Translations under genes and position numbers: made by a program
Shown here: piece after piece, positions 55,264 through 64,000 of the stretch
Layout of the letters: each line of letters begins with the position of its first letter
Position numbering within the stretch: position 1 is the stretch's first letter
NCBI GenBank assembly: GCA_018971045.1
Contig: JAGWVF010000002.1
Location: forward strand, 1,133 to 65,132
DNA from: Patescibacteria group bacterium
GTDB lineage: Bacteria > Patescibacteriota > Minisyncoccia > Phycocordibacterales > Phycocordibacteraceae
Direction of reading: 5' to 3'
DNA: 64,000 nt
Notes under the pieces: model-generated
What the model saw: the letters and a program-made list of their open reading frames with translations, nothing else
What the model was told of the DNA's origin: nothing
The model's database searches: none

Positions 55264-58200
55264 ATGCGCAAGAATCTCGTACAGAAGACTTTCGGTGCGT
55301 ACCGAGCACCTTCGGTCTCGTTCCCCGACCTCGTGGGACACCAGCGCGGATCCTTTGATTGGCTCCTTAAGGACGGTCTCGCGGAGCTCTTCCGTGAATT
55401 CTCGCCGATCACCGACTACTCGGGTAAGAAGTTTGAACTGCAGTTCGAGAGTTTCGAAGTGGGCGAGCCAAAGTACAGCGAAGAGTTCGCGCGTATGAAT
55501 ATGCGCACCTATGAAGCGCCCGTGAAAGCGACGGTGAAGCTCATCAATAAGACGCTCGGCTCGGAGAAATCGCAGGAAATCTTTCTCGCCGATATGCCGA
55601 TTATGACTCCGCACGGGTCCTTTATCGTTTCCGGCGTCGAACGGGCGATCGTTCCGCAACTCGCCCGTTCTTTTGGCGCATTTTTCAGTTCGGAATTGCT
55701 GCGCGGTAAGCCGTTCTTCGGCGCCAAGGTTTTGCCGCTCCGCGGCGTGTGGATCGAGATCGATTCGGAAGCCGACGGAGCGATCTTCGTAAAAATCGAC
55801 CGCAAGAGGAAGTTCCCCATCACCCAGCTCCTCACGGTCTTCGGCGGCGGACTCGGCGAAGCGGTGACGAAGCATTTTGAAAAGGATCCGCTCGCCCTTG
55901 CGGCGATCAAAGCCACGTTGACGCACGACGAGGCGCGGTCGGTCGAGGAAGCGTACATCGAGATTCACCGCCGCATGCGCGACGGCGATCTCGCCACTCC
56001 CGAGAATGCGAAGAACTTCGTGCAGTCGCTTTTCTCGCCCGAGCGTTACGATATCGGTAAGGTCGGCCGCCACCGTTTAAACGCGCGCTTCGGCCTCCCT
56101 GTGAGCGAAAAGGCGCTCGAGAAGCGCGTCCTCTCGCTCAAGGATTTCGTCAATATTATTTCAGAAATTACCAAACTCAATGCGGATCCGCACGCGCGCC
56201 CCGACGACATCGATCACCTCGGGTTCCGCCGCGTCCGGTTCGTCGGCGAGCTTCTCCAAGCGCGCATGCGCGTCGGCATGAGCCGTATGAAGCGCAATAT
56301 TCAAGACCGCATGAGCACGATCGAGAGCGAGACGACGCTCCCGATGGCGCTCGTGAATCCGCGCCCGTTCCACGCCTCCGTGCACGAATTCTTTACCGCC
56401 AATCAGCTCTCGCAATTTATGGATCAGCAGAATATTCTCGCGGAGCTCGAGAACATGCGCACTCTCTCGGCGCTTGGACCAGGAGGCTTGACTCGCGAGC
56501 GCGCGGGCTTCGAGGTGCGCGACGTGCACCCAAGCCACTACGGACGGCTTTGCCCGATCCACACGCCGGAAGGGCAGAACATCGGACTTATCCTGCGCCT
56601 CGCCACTCATGCGCGTACCAATGATTTCGGCGTTATCGAAACTCCGTACGCTAGGGTGAAGAACGGCAAGGTAACCGAGGAGATCGTCTACCTCAACGGA
56701 CTCGATGAAGAGCTCGAGTACGTCGCGCACGGCGCGACGAAGCTCGACGATCAAGATCGCATCGTCGCCGAGCATGTCGAGGCGCGCTATAAGGGCGATC
56801 CGATCATCGTCCCGCGCGAGTTGATCACGCTTATGGACGCCTCTACGTATCAAATGTTCAGTATCGCGACCTGCATGATTCCGTTCGTTGATCACGATGA
56901 CGCGAATCGCGCGCTGATGGGTTCAAACATGCAGAAGCAGGCGACGCCCGTCCTCATTCCGGAAGCGCCGCTTGTCGCCACAGGCATCGAGAGTCATGCG
57001 GCGATGAGCACCGGCCGTCTCGTTGTCGCGGAGGAGTCCGGAACGGTTACCTATGTCGATGCGCGCAAGGTTATCGTCGAACAGAAAGACGGGAAGAAGA
57101 AAGAATATCATCTTCAGGGGCTTACTCAGACCAATCAGAACTCGACCTTTATGCAACGCCCGTCGGTCGTGCTCGGCGATATCGTCAAGAAGGGCGAGGT
57201 GCTCGCGGATAATTCATCGACCGACCATGGCCAGCTCGCGCTCGGCCAGAATGTCCGCGTCGCCTTTATGAGCTGGAACGGCGCCAACTACGAAGACGCC
57301 ATCATCATCTCGGAACGTCTCGTGGAGGACGCCAAGTTCACCACCATCCACATCGAGGACTTCGAGTGCGTGGTGCGCGACACGAAGCTCGGCCCCGAAA
57401 CAACGACTCATGACATTCCGAACGTCGGCGAGATGCGTCTCAAGAACCTCGACGAAGAGGGCGTGATCCGCATCGGAGCTGAAGTGCGCCCGGGCGATAT
57501 CCTCGTCGGCAAAGTAACCCCCAAGGGCGAGACGCAACTGACGCCCGAGGAACGCCTCCTGCGCTCTATCTTCGGCGACAAAGCGAAGGACGTGAAGGAT
57601 ACGTCGCTTCGCATGGAGGGAGGGAAGCGCGGCCGCATCATCGGCGTGCGCGTTTTCTCCCGCGAGAAGGGCGATCAGCTCGAGACGGGAATCATCAAGA
57701 AGATCGTCGTGACGGTCGCTCAAGTGAGAAATGTCAGTGTCGGCGACAAGCTCGCCGGACGCCACGGCAATAAGGGCGTCATCAGCCGCGTGCTTCCCAT
57801 CGAGGATATGCCGTACGACAAGGACGGCAATCCGGTCGATCTGATTCTCACGCCGCTCGGCGTTCCGAGCCGTATGAATCTCGGACAGATTCTCGAAATG
57901 CACCTCGGATTGGCCGCGAACACGCTCGGCTACCAAGCCGTGGTGCCACCCTTTGCAGGAGCGACGCCGGACGAGATCCGCGCCGAGCTTGCCGCCGCCG
58001 GCTTTGACAAGAGCGGGAAGATGCAGCTCTTCGACGGACGTACCGGCGCGGCCTTCGCTCAGACGATCGCGGTCGGCTATATGTATATCTTGAAGCTCCA
58101 TCACATGGTTGAGGACAAGATCCATATGCGATCGATCGGTCCGTACTCGCTCATTACCCAGCAGCCGCTCGGCGGCAAGGCACAGAACGGCGGCCAGCGT

Positions 58201-58446
58201 TTCGGAGAAATGGAAGTGTGGGCGCTGTTGGGGTACGGGGCGGCCTACACGCTTCGCGAGATGCTTACGATTAAATCGGACGACATCCAGGGCCGCTCCG
58301 CCGCCTTCGACGCGATCGTGAAGGGCGAGCCGATCAGCCACACGGGCACGCCCGCATCGTTCGCGGTGTTGACTAACCAGATCCGCGGCCTCGCGCTTGA
58401 CGTCGAGCCGTTGAATCTTCCGCCCGAAGAACCGGACGCAGAGTGA
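55264..58446 (+). CDS. rpoB: RNA polymerase beta subunit
   Basis: DDIDHLG.RR, RDVHPSHYGR, GSNMQKQ, GDKLAGRHGNKG, GGQRFGEMEVWAL. Confidence 0.97.
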   Translation: MRKNLVQKTFGAYRAPSVSFPDLVGHQRGSFDWLLKDGLAELFREFSPITDYSGKKFELQFESFEVGEPKYSEEFARMNMRTYEAPVKATVKLINKTLGSEKSQEIFLADMPIMTPHGSFIVSGVERAIVPQLARSFGAFFSSELLRGKPFFGAKVLPLRGVWIEIDSEADGAIFVKIDRKRKFPITQLLTVFGGGLGEAVTKHFEKDPLALAAIKATLTHDEARSVEEAYIEIHRRMRDGDLATPENAKNFVQSLFSPERYDIGKVGRHRLNARFGLPVSEKALEKRVLSLKDFVNIISEITKLNADPHARPDDIDHLGFRRVRFVGELLQARMRVGMSRMKRNIQDRMSTIESETTLPMALVNPRPFHASVHEFFTANQLSQFMDQQNILAELENMRTLSALGPGGLTRERAGFEVRDVHPSHYGRLCPIHTPEGQNIGLILRLATHARTNDFGVIETPYARVKNGKVTEEIVYLNGLDEELEYVAHGATKLDDQDRIVAEHVEARYKGDPIIVPRELITLMDASTYQMFSIATCMIPFVDHDDANRALMGSNMQKQATPVLIPEAPLVATGIESHAAMSTGRLVVAEESGTVTYVDARKVIVEQKDGKKKEYHLQGLTQTNQNSTFMQRPSVVLGDIVKKGEVLADNSSTDHGQLALGQNVRVAFMSWNGANYEDAIIISERLVEDAKFTTIHIEDFECVVRDTKLGPETTTHDIPNVGEMRLKNLDEEGVIRIGAEVRPGDILVGKVTPKGETQLTPEERLLRSIFGDKAKDVKDTSLRMEGGKRGRIIGVRVFSREKGDQLETGIIKKIVVTVAQVRNVSVGDKLAGRHGNKGVISRVLPIEDMPYDKDGNPVDLILTPLGVPSRMNLGQILEMHLGLAANTLGYQAVVPPFAGATPDEIRAELAAAGFDKSGKMQLFDGRTGAAFAQTIAVGYMYILKLHHMVEDKIHMRSIGPYSLITQQPLGGKAQNGGQRFGEMEVWALLGYGAAYTLREMLTIKSDDIQGRSAAFDAIVKGEPISHTGTPASFAVLTNQIRGLALDVEPLNLPPEEPDAE

Positions 58447-58479
58447 ATGAAATCGCTTTAGAAAATTAATTCACGACAT

Positions 58480-61400
58480 ATGGCATTCACCCCCCGCAAA
58501 CTTCCTCCCCGCGACACTTGGAATGGGCTTCGGCTCGCGCTCGCTTCTCCGGAACGCATTCTCTCTTGGTCCAGCGGCGAAGTGACCAAACCCGAGACGA
58601 TCAACTACCGCACCCAGCGATCCGAAAAGCACGGGCTCTTCGATGAGAAGATTTTCGGCCCCGAAAAGGATTACGAATGTTACTGCGGCAAGTACAAAGG
58701 AATCCGCTACAAAGGCATCGTCTGCGACAAGTGCGGCGTCGAGATCACGCGCTCGATCGTGCGCAGAGAGCGCATGGGCCACATCGAGCTCTGTACCCCC
58801 GTTGCTCACATCTGGTTCCTCCGTTCGGTCCCGAGCCGGATGGCGCTCCTGCTCGGCGCATCCGCAACCGACATCGAGAAGGTCGTGTATTTCGCGGGAT
58901 ATATCGTCATCAAGATCGCCGAGGAAGAGAAGAAACGCTTGCTCAACGAACTTGAGAGCGAATACAAATCAAAGTATAAGTCGCTCGGCACCGATAAGGA
59001 GCGCGACGCGCTCAAAGAAAAGATGACGATCGCCAAGAGCGAGATTGAGGGCATGGTGGTCGGCAGAGTGCTCGATGAACTCGAGTATCACCGCTTCTCG
59101 GTAAAATACGGCGGCCTCTTTGAGGCGCGCATCGGCGCCGAGGCCATTTACGATATTTTCTGCAAACTCGATCTGAAGGAACTCGAGAAGACGCTTTCGG
59201 CGCGCTACGAGCATGCCGGCGCCGCCGAGAAGGAGAAGCTCGCGAAACGTCTCTCGCTTATCGCCGGACTGATCGCTTCGGGCGTTCGACCCGAGTGGCT
59301 CTTCCTCACGCGTATTCCGGTGATCCCGCCGGCACTGCGTCCCATGGTCGCGCTCGAAGGCGGCCGCCACGCGACGTCTGACGTCAACGATTTGTATCGG
59401 CGAGTGATTAATCGCAACAATCGCTTGAAGAAACTGATCGATATTCACGCGCCGGAAGTGATTTTACGCAACGAGAAACGCATTCTTCAAGAGGCCGTTG
59501 ACGCGCTTCTCGACAATTCGATCCGCAAGAGCGGCGCCGCCGCCGGCGCGATGACGATGACGCAGCGACGCCCGCTTAAATCCCTCGCCGACTACCTGAA
59601 AGGAAAGCAGGGATATTTCCGCCAAAATCTTCTCGGCAAGCGCGTCGACTACTCCGGCCGTTCGGTGATCGTCGTCGGCCCGGATCTCGAGCTTGATGAA
59701 TGCGGCCTGCCGAAGCATATGGCGCTTGAACTCTTCCGCCCATTCGTGATCGCCGGACTTCTTGAACGCGAGCTCGCCTTTAATATCCGCGGCGCCGGCC
59801 GCTTGATTGAAGACGGCGTCGCTGAAGTATGGGAGCTGCTCGAAGAAGCGATCCAGGGGAAGTACGTGCTTCTCAACCGCGCTCCGACGCTCCATCGCCA
59901 GGGCATTCAAGCATTCCGACCGCGGCTTATCGAGGGTGACGCGATCCAACTCCATCCGCTCGTGTGCAACGCTTTTAACGCAGACTTCGACGGCGACCAG
60001 ATGGCGGTGCATGTGCCGCTCTCAGACGAGGCGCAGTGGGAGGCGGCCAATATCATGAGCGCGAACAAGAATATCTTAAAGCCGGGATCGGGTGACATGA
60101 TCGTGCTCACCGGGAAACCGCTCGATATCATTCTCGGCGTGTATTGGCTCACCAAATCCGTTGACGGAGCGAAAGGAGAGGATAAATACTTCTCCTCTCC
60201 AAACTCCGCCATTCTCGCGTCCGAGTATGAGACGATCGACCTGCGCGCCAAGATCAAGGTGCTTCCCGCGAAGGGGAAAGACAAGTACGCGGCGTTTGAC
60301 GGCCATCCGTTTGAAACGACCGTCGGCCGCCTGCTCTTCAACACGGTGCTTCCGCCGAACTATCCGTTCGTGAATGAGACGATTACCAAGAAAGTGCTCG
60401 CGCGGATCGTTACCGACTGCATCGCGCGGTACGGCATCGACGCGGTGCCGGGTATCGTGAACAAAGTGAAGCGTTTCGGCTTCGACTATGCGACGCGCTC
60501 GGGTATCTCATGGGCGATTGACGACGTTTCAGTGCCCGAGGCGAAGTCGGCCATTATTGATGACGCCGCCGCCAAGGTGGTAAAGATTCAGGAAGATTAT
60601 CAGAACGGTCTCCTTTCGGAAGAAGAGAAGCGCCGCATGGCGATCGAGACGTGGCAAGGCGCGAAGCAGTCCGTCGAGGAAGCCGTTGCGACCAATCTCG
60701 ACCCGATGGGTTCTGTCGCCGACATGGTAAAGTCCGGAGCGCGCGGCACGCTCGGAAACCTGACTCAGATGGCCGGCATGAAAGGGCTCATTCAGAACAC
60801 CGCCGGCGAGACGATCGAAGTGCCGATCATTTCCTCGATGATCGAAGGCCTGAATCCGATCGAATACTTCATGTCCACGCACGGCGCGCGCAAGGGTCTA
60901 ACCGACACCGCGCTCGGTACGGCTAAGGCCGGATATCTCACGCGCCGTCTCTTCGACGTCGCGCAAGACTCAATCGTCACCGAGAAAGATTGCGGAACGG
61001 TCCGCGGAGTGAAGATTAATCGCGTGAGCGCGTCGGGCATTCAGATTAATTACGCTGAAGCGCTGCGCGGCCGCGTGCTTGCTGAAGACGTGAAGGACGC
61101 GAGCGGCGCCGCTCTGTTTAAGAAAGGGCACTACCTTTCGATTGCGGACGCCGAGACGCTTGCGGCGGCTGCGTCTGTCACCAGCGTGATCGCACGCTCC
61201 CCGATGTCTTGCGAGACGCGCTACGGTATCTGCCAGACGTGCTACGGCATGGATCTTACTACCCAAGAGATAGTAGACCTCGGTGAAGCGGTCGGCACCA
61301 TCGCCGCTCAGGCGATCGGAGAACCGGGCACCCAGCTCACGATGCGCACCTTCCACGCCGGCGGCGTAGCGTCAGTCGGCGGCGACATCACGAGCGGCCT

Positions 61401-62205
61401 CCCGCGCGTTGAAGAGGTGTTTGAGAAGCGCGCGCCGAAAAATCCGGCCGTCATCTCGAAGTCTGACGGCATCGTTTCCGAGATTAAGGAAGAAGGCCGC
61501 GAGAAGGTGATTGTCGTCGCTCCTTCGGCCGGTCAAGGGAAAAAGGACGGATCGGCTTTTGAGTATCTCGCGCCGTATCCGCGCGTGCCCTTGGTGAAGG
61601 AAGGCGACACGGTCGTCAAGGGCCAGATCCTCTCCGATGGTTCGGCTGATCTCGATGAACTCTTCGACTACGCGGGCCGCGCGGTGGTTCAGGAATACAT
61701 CATTACCGAAGCCTCGAAGATTTATGAACTTCAGGGGGCGTCGGTGTCGCGAAAGCACCTCGAGGTGGTTGTCAAGCAGATGTTCAGCCGCGTGAAGATT
61801 ACTGACGCGGGAGATACCGATTATTCGATCGGCGACGTGGTCGAGGATTGGGAATTCGCGAAAGCGATCAAAGAGATGGAGGGGGCGAACAAACTTCCGC
61901 CGAAGGCGCATGAGATCGTACTCGGAATCAAGGAGAGTGCGCTTTCACGCCGTTCGTTCCTCTCAGCAGCTTCCTTCGAGCAGACGACGAAGATCCTCAT
62001 TAATGCCGCGTTGCGCGGCTCGACGGATCGCCTGCGCGGCCTCAAGGAGAACGTCATTCTCGGCCGCCTTATTCCGGCAGGAACCGGATTCGACGGCAGT
62101 AAGAAGTATGCGCATATCGAGAAGTTGCAAGCTGACCGCCCGGCGCCGGCAACATACGAATCGCGCATCACCTCTTTCGCACCGCGCGTCCCGCGCGCAC
62201 TGTAA
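58480..62205 (+). CDS. rpoC: RNA polymerase beta' subunit
   Basis: [47 protein letters not shown]. Confidence 0.97.
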   Translation: MAFTPRKLPPRDTWNGLRLALASPERILSWSSGEVTKPETINYRTQRSEKHGLFDEKIFGPEKDYECYCGKYKGIRYKGIVCDKCGVEITRSIVRRERMGHIELCTPVAHIWFLRSVPSRMALLLGASATDIEKVVYFAGYIVIKIAEEEKKRLLNELESEYKSKYKSLGTDKERDALKEKMTIAKSEIEGMVVGRVLDELEYHRFSVKYGGLFEARIGAEAIYDIFCKLDLKELEKTLSARYEHAGAAEKEKLAKRLSLIAGLIASGVRPEWLFLTRIPVIPPALRPMVALEGGRHATSDVNDLYRRVINRNNRLKKLIDIHAPEVILRNEKRILQEAVDALLDNSIRKSGAAAGAMTMTQRRPLKSLADYLKGKQGYFRQNLLGKRVDYSGRSVIVVGPDLELDECGLPKHMALELFRPFVIAGLLERELAFNIRGAGRLIEDGVAEVWELLEEAIQGKYVLLNRAPTLHRQGIQAFRPRLIEGDAIQLHPLVCNAFNADFDGDQMAVHVPLSDEAQWEAANIMSANKNILKPGSGDMIVLTGKPLDIILGVYWLTKSVDGAKGEDKYFSSPNSAILASEYETIDLRAKIKVLPAKGKDKYAAFDGHPFETTVGRLLFNTVLPPNYPFVNETITKKVLARIVTDCIARYGIDAVPGIVNKVKRFGFDYATRSGISWAIDDVSVPEAKSAIIDDAAAKVVKIQEDYQNGLLSEEEKRRMAIETWQGAKQSVEEAVATNLDPMGSVADMVKSGARGTLGNLTQMAGMKGLIQNTAGETIEVPIISSMIEGLNPIEYFMSTHGARKGLTDTALGTAKAGYLTRRLFDVAQDSIVTEKDCGTVRGVKINRVSASGIQINYAEALRGRVLAEDVKDASGAALFKKGHYLSIADAETLAAAASVTSVIARSPMSCETRYGICQTCYGMDLTTQEIVDLGEAVGTIAAQAIGEPGTQLTMRTFHAGGVASVGGDITSGLPRVEEVFEKRAPKNPAVISKSDGIVSEIKEEGREKVIVVAPSAGQGKKDGSAFEYLAPYPRVPLVKEGDTVVKGQILSDGSADLDELFDYAGRAVVQEYIITEASKIYELQGASVSRKHLEVVVKQMFSRVKITDAGDTDYSIGDVVEDWEFAKAIKEMEGANKLPPKAHEIVLGIKESALSRRSFLSAASFEQTTKILINAALRGSTDRLRGLKENVILGRLIPAGTGFDGSKKYAHIEKLQADRPAPATYESRITSFAPRVPRAL

Positions 62206-62225
62206 GTGTTGAGAACGTTATATGC

Positions 62226-62259
62226 AACGCGCAAGCCGCCGTACGGTGGCTTGCGCGTT
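62226..62259 (+). terminator. Hairpin after rpoC, probable terminator
   Basis: AACGCGCAAGCCGCC-GTAC-GGTGGCTTGCGCGTT. Confidence 0.65.
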
Positions 62260-62296
62260 CGTATACAGGAATAAGAAACACGGTAGAATTGGGATC

Positions 62297-64000
62297 ATGG
62301 CCGGAGATACCGTCGCAGAGATTAAGGAGCGATTGAGCATACAGGATATTATTAGCCCGTATGTAAAGCTCGCTCGAGCGGGGAAATCGCTCGTCGGGCT
62401 CTGTCCTTTTCATAAAGAGAAAACGCCTTCTTTCCACGTTTCTCCCGAGCGGGGAAGCTGGCACTGTTTCGGCTGCGGGGAAGGCGGCGACGGATTCTCT
62501 TTTATTGAAAAGATCGAGGGGGTGGACTTCAAAGGCGCACTCAAAATTCTCGCCGAGAAAGCGGGAGTTACTTTAATATATCAGAGCGGCGACGGACAGC
62601 GCGAAGACGCGTCGAAAAGGGAGAAGCTCTTCGCGCTCATGAGCCGCGCGGGCGAGTGGTACGCGGGGAAACTCCCGAACAGTCCGGCCGAAGCCTATGC
62701 CCGTTCGCGCGCAATGACCGATGAAACGATCGCCGCATGGCGGCTCGGCTATGCGCCGGACGGCTGGCGCGCTCTCCTTGAAGCTCTGACGGCTGAAGGA
62801 TTTTCCGTATCGGAGCTGCTCGCGGCAGGCCTCGTGAAGGAAGCAGACGGCAAGCCGGGCACCTATTATGATCGTTTCCGTAATCGTCTCATGTTTCCCA
62901 TTCGGGATGCCGCAGGGCGGATTGTCGCTTTTACGGGCCGCGCGTTGCCCTCCGAAGATTCGACAAACGAGAGCCAGCATGAAGTCGCAAAGTACCTTAA
63001 TTCACCCGAGACCGATCTTTATCGAAAATCCGAGATCCTTTTTGGAATGGATCGCGCCAAAGAAGCGATACGGACTCGGAAGTATTCAATGCTCGTCGAG
63101 GGGCAGATTGACGTGCTCCTGGCTCATCAAGCGGGATTCAATAATGCCGTCGCCCTCTCGGGAACCGCGCTTTCCGTTCAGCATCTCCGGCTTATGAAGC
63201 GCTTCAGCGAGAACTTGATGCTCGTGCTTGATGCGGACCCGGCCGGACTCGCCGCAACGGCGCGTAGCGCCGGATTGGCTCTTCGACAGGGCCAGAGAGT
63301 GAAGGCGGCAAGATTGCCGAGAGGCAAGGACCCGGCCGATCTCATCAGTGAGGGGCCGCAGGAGTTCGCGGCGTGCGTCGCGGCGGCGAAACCGATCGTC
63401 GAGTTCTTCCTTGTCGAGCTCGTCGAGAGCGAGCCGGATACGCACCGGCTTCTTCGGCGCGCAGAAAGCATTGTACTCCCGCTTCTTGCGGCGATGCCGA
63501 GCCCTATGGAGCGCGAGCATTTTATCCAGTCAACGGCGCGAACGTTCGGGATCTCGAGCGAGGCGGTTCATGAATCGCTCAAGTCTTTTCCGGGAGAGCC
63601 GCCGGTCATGCTTGAGTCGCGGGCGCAGGCTCGGATCGCGGCGCCGATTCGACCGATACGCGAGATTCGCGGAGAACAACTCCGAGCGCTTGTCCACGCG
63701 TATTCGGGGACCGAGCTTGCGCAGTACGTCCAATCGGAGTATTGTCGAATTACCGAAGCTCGCGAGTTTCCGTCTGAGATTCCCTCGGAATCGGCGCTGT
63801 TCTCCGTCGAACAGCTGTTTGGAGATCGCCCGGGACCGCAGGCGGCAAACGAGCTTCTTCGCGCCTTTGAAGCAGCGGTGATCCGCGAGGCGTACGAGAG
63901 AGCGGTAGCGAATTTGCGCAGGGCGGAATCGTCAGGCGAGATCGCCCGAATCGAAGAAGCACAACGAGTCTGTGCCGAGCTCTCCGCGCGTCTTGCGAAG
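62297..64000 (+). CDS. dnaG: DNA primase (3'-partial; absent from the ORF track because it has no stop in the window)
   Basis: MAGDTVAEIKERL...GLCPFHKEKTPSF...HCFGCG zinc finger, DRFRNRLMFPI, KYLNSPET, VEGQID, DAD; frame open to base 64000. Confidence 0.95.
   Translation, partial: MAGDTVAEIKERLSIQDIISPYVKLARAGKSLVGLCPFHKEKTPSFHVSPERGSWHCFGCGEGGDGFSFIEKIEGVDFKGALKILAEKAGVTLIYQSGDGQREDASKREKLFALMSRAGEWYAGKLPNSPAEAYARSRAMTDETIAAWRLGYAPDGWRALLEALTAEGFSVSELLAAGLVKEADGKPGTYYDRFRNRLMFPIRDAAGRIVAFTGRALPSEDSTNESQHEVAKYLNSPETDLYRKSEILFGMDRAKEAIRTRKYSMLVEGQIDVLLAHQAGFNNAVALSGTALSVQHLRLMKRFSENLMLVLDADPAGLAATARSAGLALRQGQRVKAARLPRGKDPADLISEGPQEFAACVAAAKPIVEFFLVELVESEPDTHRLLRRAESIVLPLLAAMPSPMEREHFIQSTARTFGISSEAVHESLKSFPGEPPVMLESRAQARIAAPIRPIREIRGEQLRALVHAYSGTELAQYVQSEYCRITEAREFPSEIPSESALFSVEQLFGDRPGPQAANELLRAFEAAVIREAYERAVANLRRAESSGEIARIEEAQRVCAELSARLAK

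Noticed and set aside
62573-63962. Short ORFs listed in the last 1.5 kb
   Set aside because: They overlap the dnaG frame, which is open from 62297 to the window end.
1-64000. Alternative genetic code (UGA=Gly, as in Gracilibacteria/Absconditabacteria)
   Set aside because: TGA terminates pheT and rpoB at the expected lengths, and core genes are uninterrupted under code 11.

Overview
Chromosomal segment of a GC-rich Patescibacteria (CPR; Parcubacteria-like) genome using genetic code 11. This assignment is inferred from compact pheS/pheT/prfA/rpoB, a hinge-less SMC, a NusB-NUDIX fusion, rpsP-KH-trmD without rimM, giant low-complexity surface proteins and pervasive leaderless starts. Housekeeping content: gap-rpiB-rpe-tkt(N/C)-pfkB-like-fba cluster, rplY, rpmE, prfA, rpsB-tsf, tRNA-Thr(TGT), pheST, gyrB, thrS, dnaE, rnhB, rpmF, nusB, rnc, smc, rnr, rpsP, trmD, rpoBC, dnaG. 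The main hunting result is a pair of paralogous HUH/Y1 REP-associated tyrosine transposases (RAYT), each with its own family of non-GTAG palindromes built on a shared CATC[C/G]GATG core. These show co-varying arms, identical orientation around the gene, a 48-bp doublet spacing seen twice, and a 12-bp tandem-duplication scar at the same register in both families. A third variant lies inside the pheS 3' end. The second result is a class of stand-alone accessory genes (two with proteobacteria-like LAAC-GGGG lipoboxes) that have strong Shine-Dalgarno sites and hairpin-rich leaders, in a genome whose housekeeping genes are leaderless. All calls are from reading the sequence by eye; no searches were run.
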